64,000 nucleotides of DNA from an uncultured bacterium (lineage in GTDB: Bacteria; Oederibacteriota; PGYV01; CAWJRG01), in assembly GCA_963845185.1 (NCBI GenBank), contig CAWJRG010000010.1, forward strand, positions 128,001 to 192,000, written 5' to 3'. Below, in pieces: positions 20,326 through 29,387 of the stretch; within the stretch, counting starts at the first letter, position 1, and the number at the start of each line of letters is the position of its first letter. The translations under genes and the position numbers were made by a program. The notes under the pieces are model-generated. The model worked only from the letters and a program-made list of their open reading frames with translations. It searched no databases and had not been told where the DNA came from.

Positions 20326-20397
20326 TATTTATGGGATCAAACTATTGCCAAATACGATTTCCCCTTTAAAACATTGTATTTTTAAAGCATATGCCGT

Positions 20398-20414
20398 TTG
20401 GCATGTCTATTGCT
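20398..20414 (+). promoter_or_regulatory. Sigma54 (-24/-12) promoter of amtB-glnK
   Basis: TTGGCATGTCTATTGCT with correct GG-N10-GC spacing. Confidence 0.82.
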
Positions 20415-20549
20415 CTGTAAGATTATGTATTTTATAAATTATAAAAATGAAAGGAGGCTTTTATACAGGCAAAGGAAAACTGCTTAAAATTGATTTTGAT
20501 ACTGTGCTTCCAAAAGCAAAATAAAACTATAGAAAGGAGACGGATTAAG

Positions 20550-21881
20550 ATGAAAAAATTATTATTATTGTTGGTTGTTTTTTCCGCAATGGCAGGCGTC
20601 CTGCTTGCCGACAATACCCCTGTTGCAGCTGCTGCTTCGCCTGTCCTGAAGGTTGATTCCGGCGACACAGCATGGGTGCTCATTTCTTCCGCGCTGGTGC
20701 TTCTCATGACAGCGCCGGGCCTTGCGCTCTTCTACGGCGGCCTCGTCCGCCGCAAAAACATGCTCAGCGTACTTATGCAGTGCATGATAATGCTCGGGCT
20801 CGTAAGCGTGCAGTGGGTAATCTACGGTTACTCGCTTGCTTTCCACCCGGGCAGTGGTTTCTGGGGCGGTTTTGGCTGGTCTTTTTTAAAGGGGGTGGGT
20901 TTTACGCCTAACGCCGATTATGCCCCTACAATTCCCCACCAGGCTTTCATGATATTCCAGGCAATGTTCGCTGTTATCACCCCCGCGCTTATTATAGGCG
21001 CTTTCGCGGAAAGGATGAAGTTTTCCGCGTTTTTGCTTTTCAGCCTTGTATGGGCCACTTTTGTTTATGACCCTGTCGCTCACTGGGTATGGGGAACCGG
21101 CGGCTGGCTGAAAAACCTCGGCACGCTTGATTTTGCCGGCGGCACTGTGGTGCATATAAATGCCGGCATAGCCGCACTTGCTTCCGCGCTTGTGATAGGC
21201 AGGAGAAAATATTATGACAATAAACCCACTCCACCGCATAACATGGCGTTTTCGGTAACCGGCGCCGCGCTTTTGTGGTTCGGTTGGTTCGGCTTTAACG
21301 CAGGCAGCGCCCTGCAGGCAAACGGGCTCGCGACCAGCGCCTTTGTCGTGACAAACACTGCCACGGCAATGGCTGCGCTGACATGGGCGTTTCTCGATAA
21401 AATTTTCAACGGCAAATCCACTGTGCTCGGCACAATATCCGGCGCTGTCGCAGGGCTTGTCGCAATAACCCCCGCGTCCGGTTTCGTCGATGTCCTGGGC
21501 GCGCTTGCAATAGGAATACTTGTAAGTATATTCTGCTTTTCTGCGGTAAGCTTCCTCAAGCCGAAATTAGGCTATGATGATGCGCTTGACGCTTTCGGTG
21601 TGCACTGTGTAGGCGGCGTGGTTGGCGCTCTGGCAACCGGCTTATTCGCGACTATAGTGATCAATCCGGCAGGCGCAAACGGCCTCTTCTACGGCAACCC
21701 GAAACAATTTTTAATACAGCTTGCTGCCGTGGGCGTAACGCTCGTGTATTCTTTTGTCGGGACAATCGTTATATTAAAACTTATAGATGTGACGATTGGC
21801 ATCAGGGCCGGCGAAAAAGAAGAAGTCATAGGACTTGATTTGACCCAGCACCATGAAAATGCCTATACTCTGATAGAATAA
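20550..21881 (+). CDS. amtB: Ammonium transporter
   Basis: GDTAWVL, PGLALFYGG, DFAGGTVVH, WFGWFGFNAGS and DDALDAFGVH motifs; ATG at 20550 after GAAAGGAG. Confidence 0.97.
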   Translation: MKKLLLLLVVFSAMAGVLLADNTPVAAAASPVLKVDSGDTAWVLISSALVLLMTAPGLALFYGGLVRRKNMLSVLMQCMIMLGLVSVQWVIYGYSLAFHPGSGFWGGFGWSFLKGVGFTPNADYAPTIPHQAFMIFQAMFAVITPALIIGAFAERMKFSAFLLFSLVWATFVYDPVAHWVWGTGGWLKNLGTLDFAGGTVVHINAGIAALASALVIGRRKYYDNKPTPPHNMAFSVTGAALLWFGWFGFNAGSALQANGLATSAFVVTNTATAMAALTWAFLDKIFNGKSTVLGTISGAVAGLVAITPASGFVDVLGALAIGILVSIFCFSAVSFLKPKLGYDDALDAFGVHCVGGVVGALATGLFATIVINPAGANGLFYGNPKQFLIQLAAVGVTLVYSFVGTIVILKLIDVTIGIRAGEKEEVIGLDLTQHHENAYTLIE

Positions 21882-21898
21882 AGAAAGGAGCTGACAAC

Positions 21899-22240
21899 AT
21901 GAAACTAATAATCGCGATAATCCAGCCGAGCAGGCTGGAAGAAGTTAAACAGGAACTCTACAAGGCGGAAGTAAACCTGCTGTCTGTAAATGAAGTCCTT
22001 GGCCACGGCAGGCAAAAAGGCATAACCGAGGTTTACAGGGGCATAAAAGAATCAGGCAACCTGCTGCATAAAATACGGCTCGAGATAGCCGTGAACGACA
22101 ATTTTGTCGAGCCGACCGTGAAAGCGATAATGAAAGGCGCGCAGACAGGAGAAACAGGCGACGGCAAGATTTTCGTTCTGCCGCTTGAAGATTGCATAAG
22201 GATAAGGACAGGAGAAAAAGGAAAAGTAGCTATAGGCTAA
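21899..22240 (+). CDS. glnK: P-II family nitrogen regulator linked to amtB
   Basis: GHGRQKG, TGETGDGKIF and RIRTGE motifs; directly after amtB. Confidence 0.9.
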   Translation: MKLIIAIIQPSRLEEVKQELYKAEVNLLSVNEVLGHGRQKGITEVYRGIKESGNLLHKIRLEIAVNDNFVEPTVKAIMKGAQTGETGDGKIFVLPLEDCIRIRTGEKGKVAIG

Positions 22241-22339
22241 TTCTGCTGTTTTCCAGACGAACCCATCAGGGTGAGTCCTGGAATTACAGCGAATTGTACC
22301 CTATCAAGTCCGAGACCTTAAGTCGAGGACAAGTGGTAT
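22241..22339. repeat. Two-hairpin structured repeat, copy 2
   Basis: Homologous to 16467-16565 and 61552-61652. Confidence 0.7.
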
Positions 22340-22344
22340 TACCG

Positions 22345-22430
22345 GAAAGGCTTCCTGCCCTTTTCGTTTTATACGTCTCCGCAGGAATTGACCACAGGAT
22401 GCGGCGCAAGCCGCATCCTGCTTTTTATTT
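22345..22430 (+). ncRNA. Conserved 3'-UTR element / candidate sRNA with terminator, copy 2
   Basis: TCCTGCCCTTTTCGTTTTATACGTCTCCGCAGGA..TTGACCAC-AGGATGCGGC..GCCGCATCCT-T5. Confidence 0.6.
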
Positions 22431-22508
22431 TTCGAATATGCCGACTTTGCCAAAGCCGTCAGTGACATAGACCATACAGCCCTGAAAACGGTTATGAACT
22501 GCGCGGCC

Positions 22509-24842
22509 TTATTTGACTTCCTTCTCTATCCGGTTATATAGATTCATCAGCTTTGGCTCATTGCCGAAAGCAGCCATGCCGGTCTTAAGCACGGCCATGG
22601 CCTTGTCCTTCTGTTTCAGCTTATAGTAGGTATCCGCGATATACGCGTCTATCTCAGCGCTGTCGCCCGCTTCTTTTGTTTTTTGAAAATATTCCAGTGC
22701 TTCCTCAAAGTCTTCTTTTTTATAATCATACATTCCTATTTTCTTATAAATATCTGCCGTCCTGTAACGGCATTCAAGCAGGAAATCAAACAAATCCATT
22801 GCCCTTATGTATTTGCCGGTATCCAACAATGCGCCTGCCTGTTTGAACATTTCCCAGTATTGCGCCTGTGCATCCGCGTTTCCGATATTATCTGTATATT
22901 GCTGCAGGCTGGCTTTATTCGGGCTGCCGAATTTTATCGCATTTTCAAGCATTTTTTTTGCTATGATCCGCAGATTGTTGTGAAGGTATATCATCCCCAA
23001 GTTTTCGTATGCCACCCAGAGATTTCCCTCTTCCTTTATGATTTTTATCAGGTATTTCATTTGATTGTCTTCGTCGTTGAGCGCTTTGTAAGCAAGAGAC
23101 AAATCGTAATATATATCCGCCCTGTAGCGGTTCTCCGGGAAAAGCAAAGAATACTCAAGGCACCTTATTCCCTGCATATATTTTTTCTGGTTAAGGCACA
23201 CAATTGCCTGCTTTGCAAGTTTCTTGCTGTAGTTTGAAATTATGACCCTGTCGTAGGGGTTGTTCACCTCGAATATGCCGCGGTATGAGTATTCCCTGAA
23301 AATATAATCGGGCATTGCCCCGTTTTCCGGCATGATTTTATATAGCAAGCCCTTTCCCATAAAATTGCATTTCACAGGATAGCTCGCCAAATACATGGAG
23401 TCGTCGTGCGCAAAATAAAGATTTTTGTTGCCGCAGTATTTGTTGATTATATTGCTTATGTTCATTGGCATATTGTCCGGATCCAGACTGATCTGGCCGT
23501 ATTTATCAATAAAATCTTTAATGCCCCATTTGTTTTTGAGGTTATGCAGCATAAAAACATCAATATTATTCGCCTTGTGTTCTATCATCCGCTCGTAGCT
23601 GATGGGCATAACAAAATCACCCTCGGCTATATAAAAGCTGTGCGGCTCCAGGGTCATAAGCGCGTTGTTCCCGAAATCATAAGTAATATAATTATATCTG
23701 TTGTAGTTTGCCCTGAAATGCCCGGCCCCCGAATACAATATTGCCACTGCAAGAACAATTGCAAAAAAATATCCGTATATTCTCTTATCAAGGATATTCA
23801 TGGTATGGAATATTCCCGCCAGGATAAAAATAAAAAGGATATATTGCGATGGGATCAGGAAATTTTTCATTACCCAGATACTGTCTGAATTGGTTTTGTT
23901 GAAAAAAACAACCATAAACACCGTGATAAAAAAAGCACTTAAGTAAAAAACCGGGATTTTCCTGTTTTTCCTGAATAAAATATAACCGCCGATAAATGCC
24001 AGGACCCATAAAAACGAGAAATCATCTAAAAAAAGCCTTAAAAATTCTTTTGCCTGGTCCGCAAAGAGCTGCAATGAAAGCGTCTCATCGTTGTTGTATA
24101 TGTTTCTTAATATGGTCCACCAAAAACTTTCCCACGTGTTTGCCTTTGCCATGAAAATAAAAACCCCGTCCTGACTGGACCTTATGGGCAGGTAAATATA
24201 TGGGCTTACCCCTATCGCAAACAACAATAACAACCAGGCCGTATTTTTGCGGTTGATTTTTCCCCTGTATCTGTAGAAAAAATATCCGAATACCGGCAGT
24301 AATATTATCATGCTCGGCCAGTGGTTGGCAAGCGAAAGTCCGTAAATAAAGGCCATCATGTAAAGGTGCTTAATGCTGAATTTCTCGAAAAGCCGCGTGC
24401 CCATAAATATCATTATCGCGAAAAACAAGAGATTAAGTATGTATATGCCGCCTTTTGCGTCTATTGCCTGGTTCCAGAAAACATATGAAAAGGCAAGGAT
24501 AAAAACCCCTGAATAACCTGCTGTTTTATTCCCAAATCCGAAAAAATTATTTGCAATTTGCCCGGCAATAAAATAAGAGAGCAATAAAACCAGCATGGCC
24601 AGGAACACGGAAAACGAGCTGACCCTGAATGCAGGCGAGCCCACAGGCAGTAAAGAAAATACCTTGCCAGCGAGCGAAAAAAGCGGATAGCCGGGCGGGT
24701 GATTTATTCCAAGGGTATAAGCGGACGTTGAAATTTCCGGCGAATCGTCGCTTTTAAACGCAGGAGACATTGTATAAAGATAAACCTGGGATATGGCAAG
24801 CAGGCATATTAACAATATTGTATAGTTTACATATTTTTTCAT
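22509..24842 (-). CDS. DUF2723 (TMEM260-like, GT-C) membrane glycosyltransferase with C-terminal TPRs
   Basis: DDSPE...LGINHPPGYPL, LSLANH and YLPIRS motifs; multiple TMs; TPR-like helices. Confidence 0.85.
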   Translation of the reverse strand: MKKYVNYTILLICLLAISQVYLYTMSPAFKSDDSPEISTSAYTLGINHPPGYPLFSLAGKVFSLLPVGSPAFRVSSFSVFLAMLVLLLSYFIAGQIANNFFGFGNKTAGYSGVFILAFSYVFWNQAIDAKGGIYILNLLFFAIMIFMGTRLFEKFSIKHLYMMAFIYGLSLANHWPSMIILLPVFGYFFYRYRGKINRKNTAWLLLLFAIGVSPYIYLPIRSSQDGVFIFMAKANTWESFWWTILRNIYNNDETLSLQLFADQAKEFLRLFLDDFSFLWVLAFIGGYILFRKNRKIPVFYLSAFFITVFMVVFFNKTNSDSIWVMKNFLIPSQYILFIFILAGIFHTMNILDKRIYGYFFAIVLAVAILYSGAGHFRANYNRYNYITYDFGNNALMTLEPHSFYIAEGDFVMPISYERMIEHKANNIDVFMLHNLKNKWGIKDFIDKYGQISLDPDNMPMNISNIINKYCGNKNLYFAHDDSMYLASYPVKCNFMGKGLLYKIMPENGAMPDYIFREYSYRGIFEVNNPYDRVIISNYSKKLAKQAIVCLNQKKYMQGIRCLEYSLLFPENRYRADIYYDLSLAYKALNDEDNQMKYLIKIIKEEGNLWVAYENLGMIYLHNNLRIIAKKMLENAIKFGSPNKASLQQYTDNIGNADAQAQYWEMFKQAGALLDTGKYIRAMDLFDFLLECRYRTADIYKKIGMYDYKKEDFEEALEYFQKTKEAGDSAEIDAYIADTYYKLKQKDKAMAVLKTGMAAFGNEPKLMNLYNRIEKEVK

Positions 24843-24990
24843 TTTTCAACCTCTTGCTGCAATTTTAACACGAAGGCGGGTTTTTTTTCATTAAAATTTT
24901 AGCCGGATAAGAAATTAGGTTGGCAGCATTCAGGAAGCATCACAAATCCACGTGCAAATGCGTGGAACTCCGCCCTCCGGGTTTGGATTT

Positions 24991-26502
24991 TTATCTTACA
25001 GATTTTTTTGTGATAACCCTTATTATCCTTGATATTATTTTGATTAATCCTTCTACGTTCCATTTCCAGTCAAAAGGCCTGAGCTTGCGCAGCAAATACA
25101 TTGGCCTAAGCAGCAATTTCATATAAGCCTGTCTTCTCAATTCCTTTAACTGCTCAGCGGTGAGCGCCTCTGTCCGCGAGACCGGCTCCTCGGACAGCGG
25201 AAAATATTTTGACCAGTCCTTTGTAATAAGTAAATTGTTCTTTTCGTAATATTCATACATTTCCGTGTTTGGAAACGGCGTCGAAAAACAAATCTGGGTA
25301 TAAAAAGGGTCTATTTTTTTTATAAATTTTACTGACTCTTCTATTGTTTCTTTTGTCTCGCCCGGCAGGCCTATTATCACCAGTCCGTAAAACATCACGC
25401 CCAACTCATGGCACCACTTCGCTACTTTCCTGATGTCGTCCAGGCTGACTCCCTTTTTTATGCTTTTTAATATTTCCTCCGACCCTGTTTCTATGCCTAT
25501 GGCTATTTCCTTCATGCCTGCTTTTTTCATAAGCTTCATCGTATCGTAATTCACAAGGTTTGCCCTTGTGCAGCACACCCACTCAAGGCTGTCGAGTTTT
25601 TCGTCTATCATTGCCTGTGCTATTTTTTCAGTCCTGCCTGACAAAAGCGAGATTGTGTCGTCAAAAAACAGGAATGACTTTATCCTGAATCTTTCCTTTA
25701 AATATTTTATTTCATTTATTACATTTTCCACGCTCCTCACCCTGTATTTGCTCTTGCCGAAAGCGCAAAATGTACACATAAACGGGCATCCCCGAGATGT
25801 CTGCACGAGCGCAAACGGCGGCGACAGCACGCCTGTGTGGTATACGTTGAGGTTCGGCAGCAAATGGTACGCGGGAAAAGGTATTTCATCAAGGTTGGTT
25901 ATGGGCTGCGGGCAGTCAGTAGTTATTACTTGTTTATTTTTATAAAAGGAAATACCTGCAATACCACCGAGAAAATCAAGCTCATCAGCTCCTTTGCAGC
26001 CTTCCGGGTCAACTGCGCATTCTTTCCCTGCCAGACCCTTTTCTTTTTTGTACTCTAGTATCTTTTTCATTAATTCCGCTGTAACTGCTTCCGGCTCTAC
26101 GTTTAGAAACACGTCCACTTTTTCATTCTTAAGTATTTCATCCCTTATAAACGGCGTGTCCCCAATTATCTTGTTCCTCAATATGGTTATCGCGCCTGCG
26201 TCTTTCGCGTAATTTAATACCTTGATGTCTTCCTTATATGTATCAAAGCCAGCCCTTATAAAAACAACGTCAGGCCCAAATTCGTTTATTGCGTTTTCAA
26301 TTGCCAAAAACTTCATGTCAAATCCGTTCGCGTCTATCAGTTTTATCTCAAAATCAGGGTTTTTCTCAAGCATTGCCGCAGTATATAACAATGAAAGCGG
26401 CGGGTAGACAGAACCAATATCCTTGTGCTCAAACCTCTCTTCCCTGACCACCGGGTATCCGTCAACTCTGGGAGGGTTAACTAACAATATTCTCAGTTTC
26501 AT
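24991..26502 (-). CDS. B12-binding-domain radical SAM protein
   Basis: LLVNPP..PPLSL N-domain; TSRGCPFMCTFC; GIETGS. Confidence 0.92.
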   Translation of the reverse strand: MKLRILLVNPPRVDGYPVVREERFEHKDIGSVYPPLSLLYTAAMLEKNPDFEIKLIDANGFDMKFLAIENAINEFGPDVVFIRAGFDTYKEDIKVLNYAKDAGAITILRNKIIGDTPFIRDEILKNEKVDVFLNVEPEAVTAELMKKILEYKKEKGLAGKECAVDPEGCKGADELDFLGGIAGISFYKNKQVITTDCPQPITNLDEIPFPAYHLLPNLNVYHTGVLSPPFALVQTSRGCPFMCTFCAFGKSKYRVRSVENVINEIKYLKERFRIKSFLFFDDTISLLSGRTEKIAQAMIDEKLDSLEWVCCTRANLVNYDTMKLMKKAGMKEIAIGIETGSEEILKSIKKGVSLDDIRKVAKWCHELGVMFYGLVIIGLPGETKETIEESVKFIKKIDPFYTQICFSTPFPNTEMYEYYEKNNLLITKDWSKYFPLSEEPVSRTEALTAEQLKELRRQAYMKLLLRPMYLLRKLRPFDWKWNVEGLIKIISRIIRVITKKSVR

Positions 26503-26610
26503 TTTTTCCTTTCATGTTGTTGTTTCAATTCTTAGTCTGATTACATTATACATTAAAACAGCTTTATTTTTAAAGTGTTTCTTGCCAAATTCGTGCAATT
26601 CAATCTGCCT

Positions 26611-27144
26611 TCACCTTCGCTGGCGGCGGCTCGAGCCGGAATCGCCTGTATTCATAATATATCTTTTATATGGCCCGAGCAAATCGTTTATATGCTTTTC
26701 TTTTCCGCTGTCAAGGAACACGGCGCCGCACTCATCGCAGATATCAACCTGCATCTGGCCTATTTTTTTCGAAGGCATTTTCTTTCCGCAAAAAGGGCAT
26801 ATCAAAAAAGGCGGCTTTTCCCTTTTCTCAAAATACGGAGGAGTGACGTGGTCCCTTTCAAGCTCGCCTGTCTCAATCTTTTTTGGGTCCATGGCCTGCA
26901 TTTTCATTAGTATCTCTTTTTTATATGCAGTACCTTCACACTCGGCGCAGTGAAGGATCTCGTATTTCCCCATTTTTGCCGGGTATATGGAAAGCTTGCA
27001 TATGGGACAATTAGTGAGTTTTTGGCCGATCCCGGCAGGCTCGGCAGCTGCCGCAAGGACATGCCTGCAGTTCGGGCAGAATTTTTCCTCTCCAATAAGT
27101 TCGTTATCGCACCTCGGGCACCTGCTTAATCCATGGCCTGTCAT
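26611..27144 (-). CDS. Multi-zinc-ribbon (zf-TFIIB-like) protein
   Basis: Six CxxC motifs, including CPFC...VDICDECGAVFLD.G. Confidence 0.75.
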   Translation of the reverse strand: MTGHGLSRCPRCDNELIGEEKFCPNCRHVLAAAAEPAGIGQKLTNCPICKLSIYPAKMGKYEILHCAECEGTAYKKEILMKMQAMDPKKIETGELERDHVTPPYFEKREKPPFLICPFCGKKMPSKKIGQMQVDICDECGAVFLDSGKEKHINDLLGPYKRYIMNTGDSGSSRRQRR

Positions 27145-27254
27145 AAACCCACCCGCTTTATATTTACTCCGATTTTTAAACTTTCAGGCATTTTTCACCA
27201 ATAATTTATTAGCATTTTCAATTAGGGTCCCCTGTGTTTCCCCATATCACTTGC

Positions 27255-28049
27255 TTAACCTTTATCCGGCACAAGCTCGCTTTTCAAAATCCTGAAGAAT
27301 TCCTCACGCGCTTCTTTTTCTATCCATGGTGTATGCCCGCAATTTTTTAAAAGCATGAATTTAAAATTTTTTAAGGCTCCTGATAACGGCTTTTCCACAC
27401 CCTCTGCCGGATGCGGATCATATGTCCCGTGAATGGCAACAACCGGGCAATTGACTTTTTTTACCGCATCCATAAGATTGCCGTCGCTGCGCATCCTTTC
27501 CGCTTCTTTCCATACACTGCTGTATATTTTAGCGTTTATCTCTGTCTTTTCGTTTTCATCTTCTATGGGCCTGTATACATCTGCTTTTGACATGAGCTCG
27601 CCTATCCTTATAAATATCTTATCCTTATTCCTCGCGGCCTTTTTTTCCATGGCATCCATAAGAAAATTAATCTCGTCTATCTCTCTTGTACTCAAACGTT
27701 TCATCCTCAACGCCTGGATTCCTCTCGCGTAACGCTCCTCAAAAGGCCCGCTGGATACAAGTATTATTTTTTTGACAAGCAAAGGGTTTCGCGACGCAAA
27801 TATCATTGACAGCCATGCACCCCAGGAATAGCCGATAAGGGTTATTGGAGGCGTGGAATTTTTTTCGATTATAAGCTTAAGTTCTTCTGCCTGCCCGGCC
27901 ACAGACAAGGCTGTCTGAAAAGGTTCCAGTACGCCGGTTTTTTTCGACAGCATACGCGCCACAGGCGCCATTTCACCGGCTGCGCCCGGCCCTCCGTGAA
28001 TAACCGCGACATTGTAGGGAGCATTTCCATATTTTCTAGGATTCTGCAT
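27255..28049 (-). CDS. Alpha/beta hydrolase
   Basis: HGGPG, GYSWG nucleophile elbow, HGTYD and CGHTPW motifs. Confidence 0.9.
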   Translation of the reverse strand: MQNPRKYGNAPYNVAVIHGGPGAAGEMAPVARMLSKKTGVLEPFQTALSVAGQAEELKLIIEKNSTPPITLIGYSWGAWLSMIFASRNPLLVKKIILVSSGPFEERYARGIQALRMKRLSTREIDEINFLMDAMEKKAARNKDKIFIRIGELMSKADVYRPIEDENEKTEINAKIYSSVWKEAERMRSDGNLMDAVKKVNCPVVAIHGTYDPHPAEGVEKPLSGALKNFKFMLLKNCGHTPWIEKEAREEFFRILKSELVPDKG

Positions 28050-28155
28050 ATATTCCCTCACATGCAATAGATAGAACAACAGCTGACTAAGTTTACCTTG
28101 CCTTATGACTTATATTATAATCCACTTTACATCAATATTATAACTATTTTATTTA

Positions 28156-29295
28156 TTAATATTGATAAATTTGTGTCCATGTATTTCTGTCATCGTTATC
28201 ATCTGTGCCGAGTTCTCCCCAGCCATTAAATCCGGTTGCCCACAGGCTCCCGTCGCTTTTTAACGCCAGGCTGTGATAACCCCCTCCAGCTATCGCGCGC
28301 ACCCTGGTCAGTACTTTTGTAAATGTATTCCTGCCGTCATTGTCTCCTGTGCCAAGCTGCCCGTCATCATTCTTGCCCGTGTCCCACAGGCTCCCGTCGT
28401 TTTTCAGGGCCAAGCTGTGATATAATCCTCCTGCCAATATCTCTCTTACTCCAGACAATACCTGCACAAATTTATTACTATCTTCGTTGTTACCCGTGCC
28501 TAGCTCGCCTTCATCATTCCTCCCCGCTACCCACAAACTTCCGTCGCTTTTTAAAACCAGGCTGTCCCATTCGCCTGCCGCTGTCATGCTTACTCCTGTC
28601 ATTACCTGCACAAATTTATTCCTATTTTTATTGCCTCGGGCCCAGCCACGTCCGTAATAATTATTATACCCTGTTACCAATAAACTTCCATCGTTTTTCA
28701 AGGCAAGGCTGTAATCGCCGCTCCCTGCTATCGCGCTAACCCCGGTCAGTACTTTTGTGAATATATATCTGTCATTGTCATCCCCTGTCCCAAGCTGTCC
28801 ATAATAATTTTTACCCGCAGCCCACAGGCTGCCGTCACTTTTCAGCGCCAGGCTGTGATATTCGCCTGCCGCTATTGCAATAACACCTGTCAGTACTTTA
28901 ATAAATTTATTCCTGTCCGTATTATTGCCTATGCCGAAATTGCCCCAGCTGTTATCCCCGGTCGCCCATAGACTTCCGTCTTTCTTTAAGGCCAAGCTAA
29001 ACCATCCTCCGCATGCCATCGCGGTTACATCTGTCAGTACTTTGACAAATGTATTCCTGTGATCGTTATTATCCCCTGTTCCAAGCTGGCCGTCGTCATT
29101 TTTTCCTGCTGCCCATAGACTGCCGTCTTTCTTCAGCGCCAGGCTGTGGTACAACCCTGCAGCTATTTTTATAGCTGTAAAAGGGGCTTTTTTTTCGGTA
29201 ACCTTATCCCCGGATAATTCCGCCGTTTTTATAGTTTTGCCACATATAAAAAACAAAGCTAAAATTATTGCCAGCATGACTGTAATTTTTTTCAT
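28156..29295 (-). CDS. Secreted RCC1/BLIP-II-repeat beta-propeller protein
   Basis: Seven repeats of A.G.YHSLALK.DGSLW..G.N..GQLG.G; signal peptide. Confidence 0.9.
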   Translation of the reverse strand: MKKITVMLAIILALFFICGKTIKTAELSGDKVTEKKAPFTAIKIAAGLYHSLALKKDGSLWAAGKNDDGQLGTGDNNDHRNTFVKVLTDVTAMACGGWFSLALKKDGSLWATGDNSWGNFGIGNNTDRNKFIKVLTGVIAIAAGEYHSLALKSDGSLWAAGKNYYGQLGTGDDNDRYIFTKVLTGVSAIAGSGDYSLALKNDGSLLVTGYNNYYGRGWARGNKNRNKFVQVMTGVSMTAAGEWDSLVLKSDGSLWVAGRNDEGELGTGNNEDSNKFVQVLSGVREILAGGLYHSLALKNDGSLWDTGKNDDGQLGTGDNDGRNTFTKVLTRVRAIAGGGYHSLALKSDGSLWATGFNGWGELGTDDNDDRNTWTQIYQY

Positions 29296-29387
29296 TTTCT
29301 TTCCCCGGGGATAAATTTTTAATCTTTTAAAAATATAATATTTATTTTAAAAACTTTAATTTATAAAAATAAACCCAAACACCGCGA

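Noticed and set aside
20490..20549. TTG-start extension of amtB
   Set aside because: A strong SD precedes ATG 20550, which begins a clean signal-like sequence.
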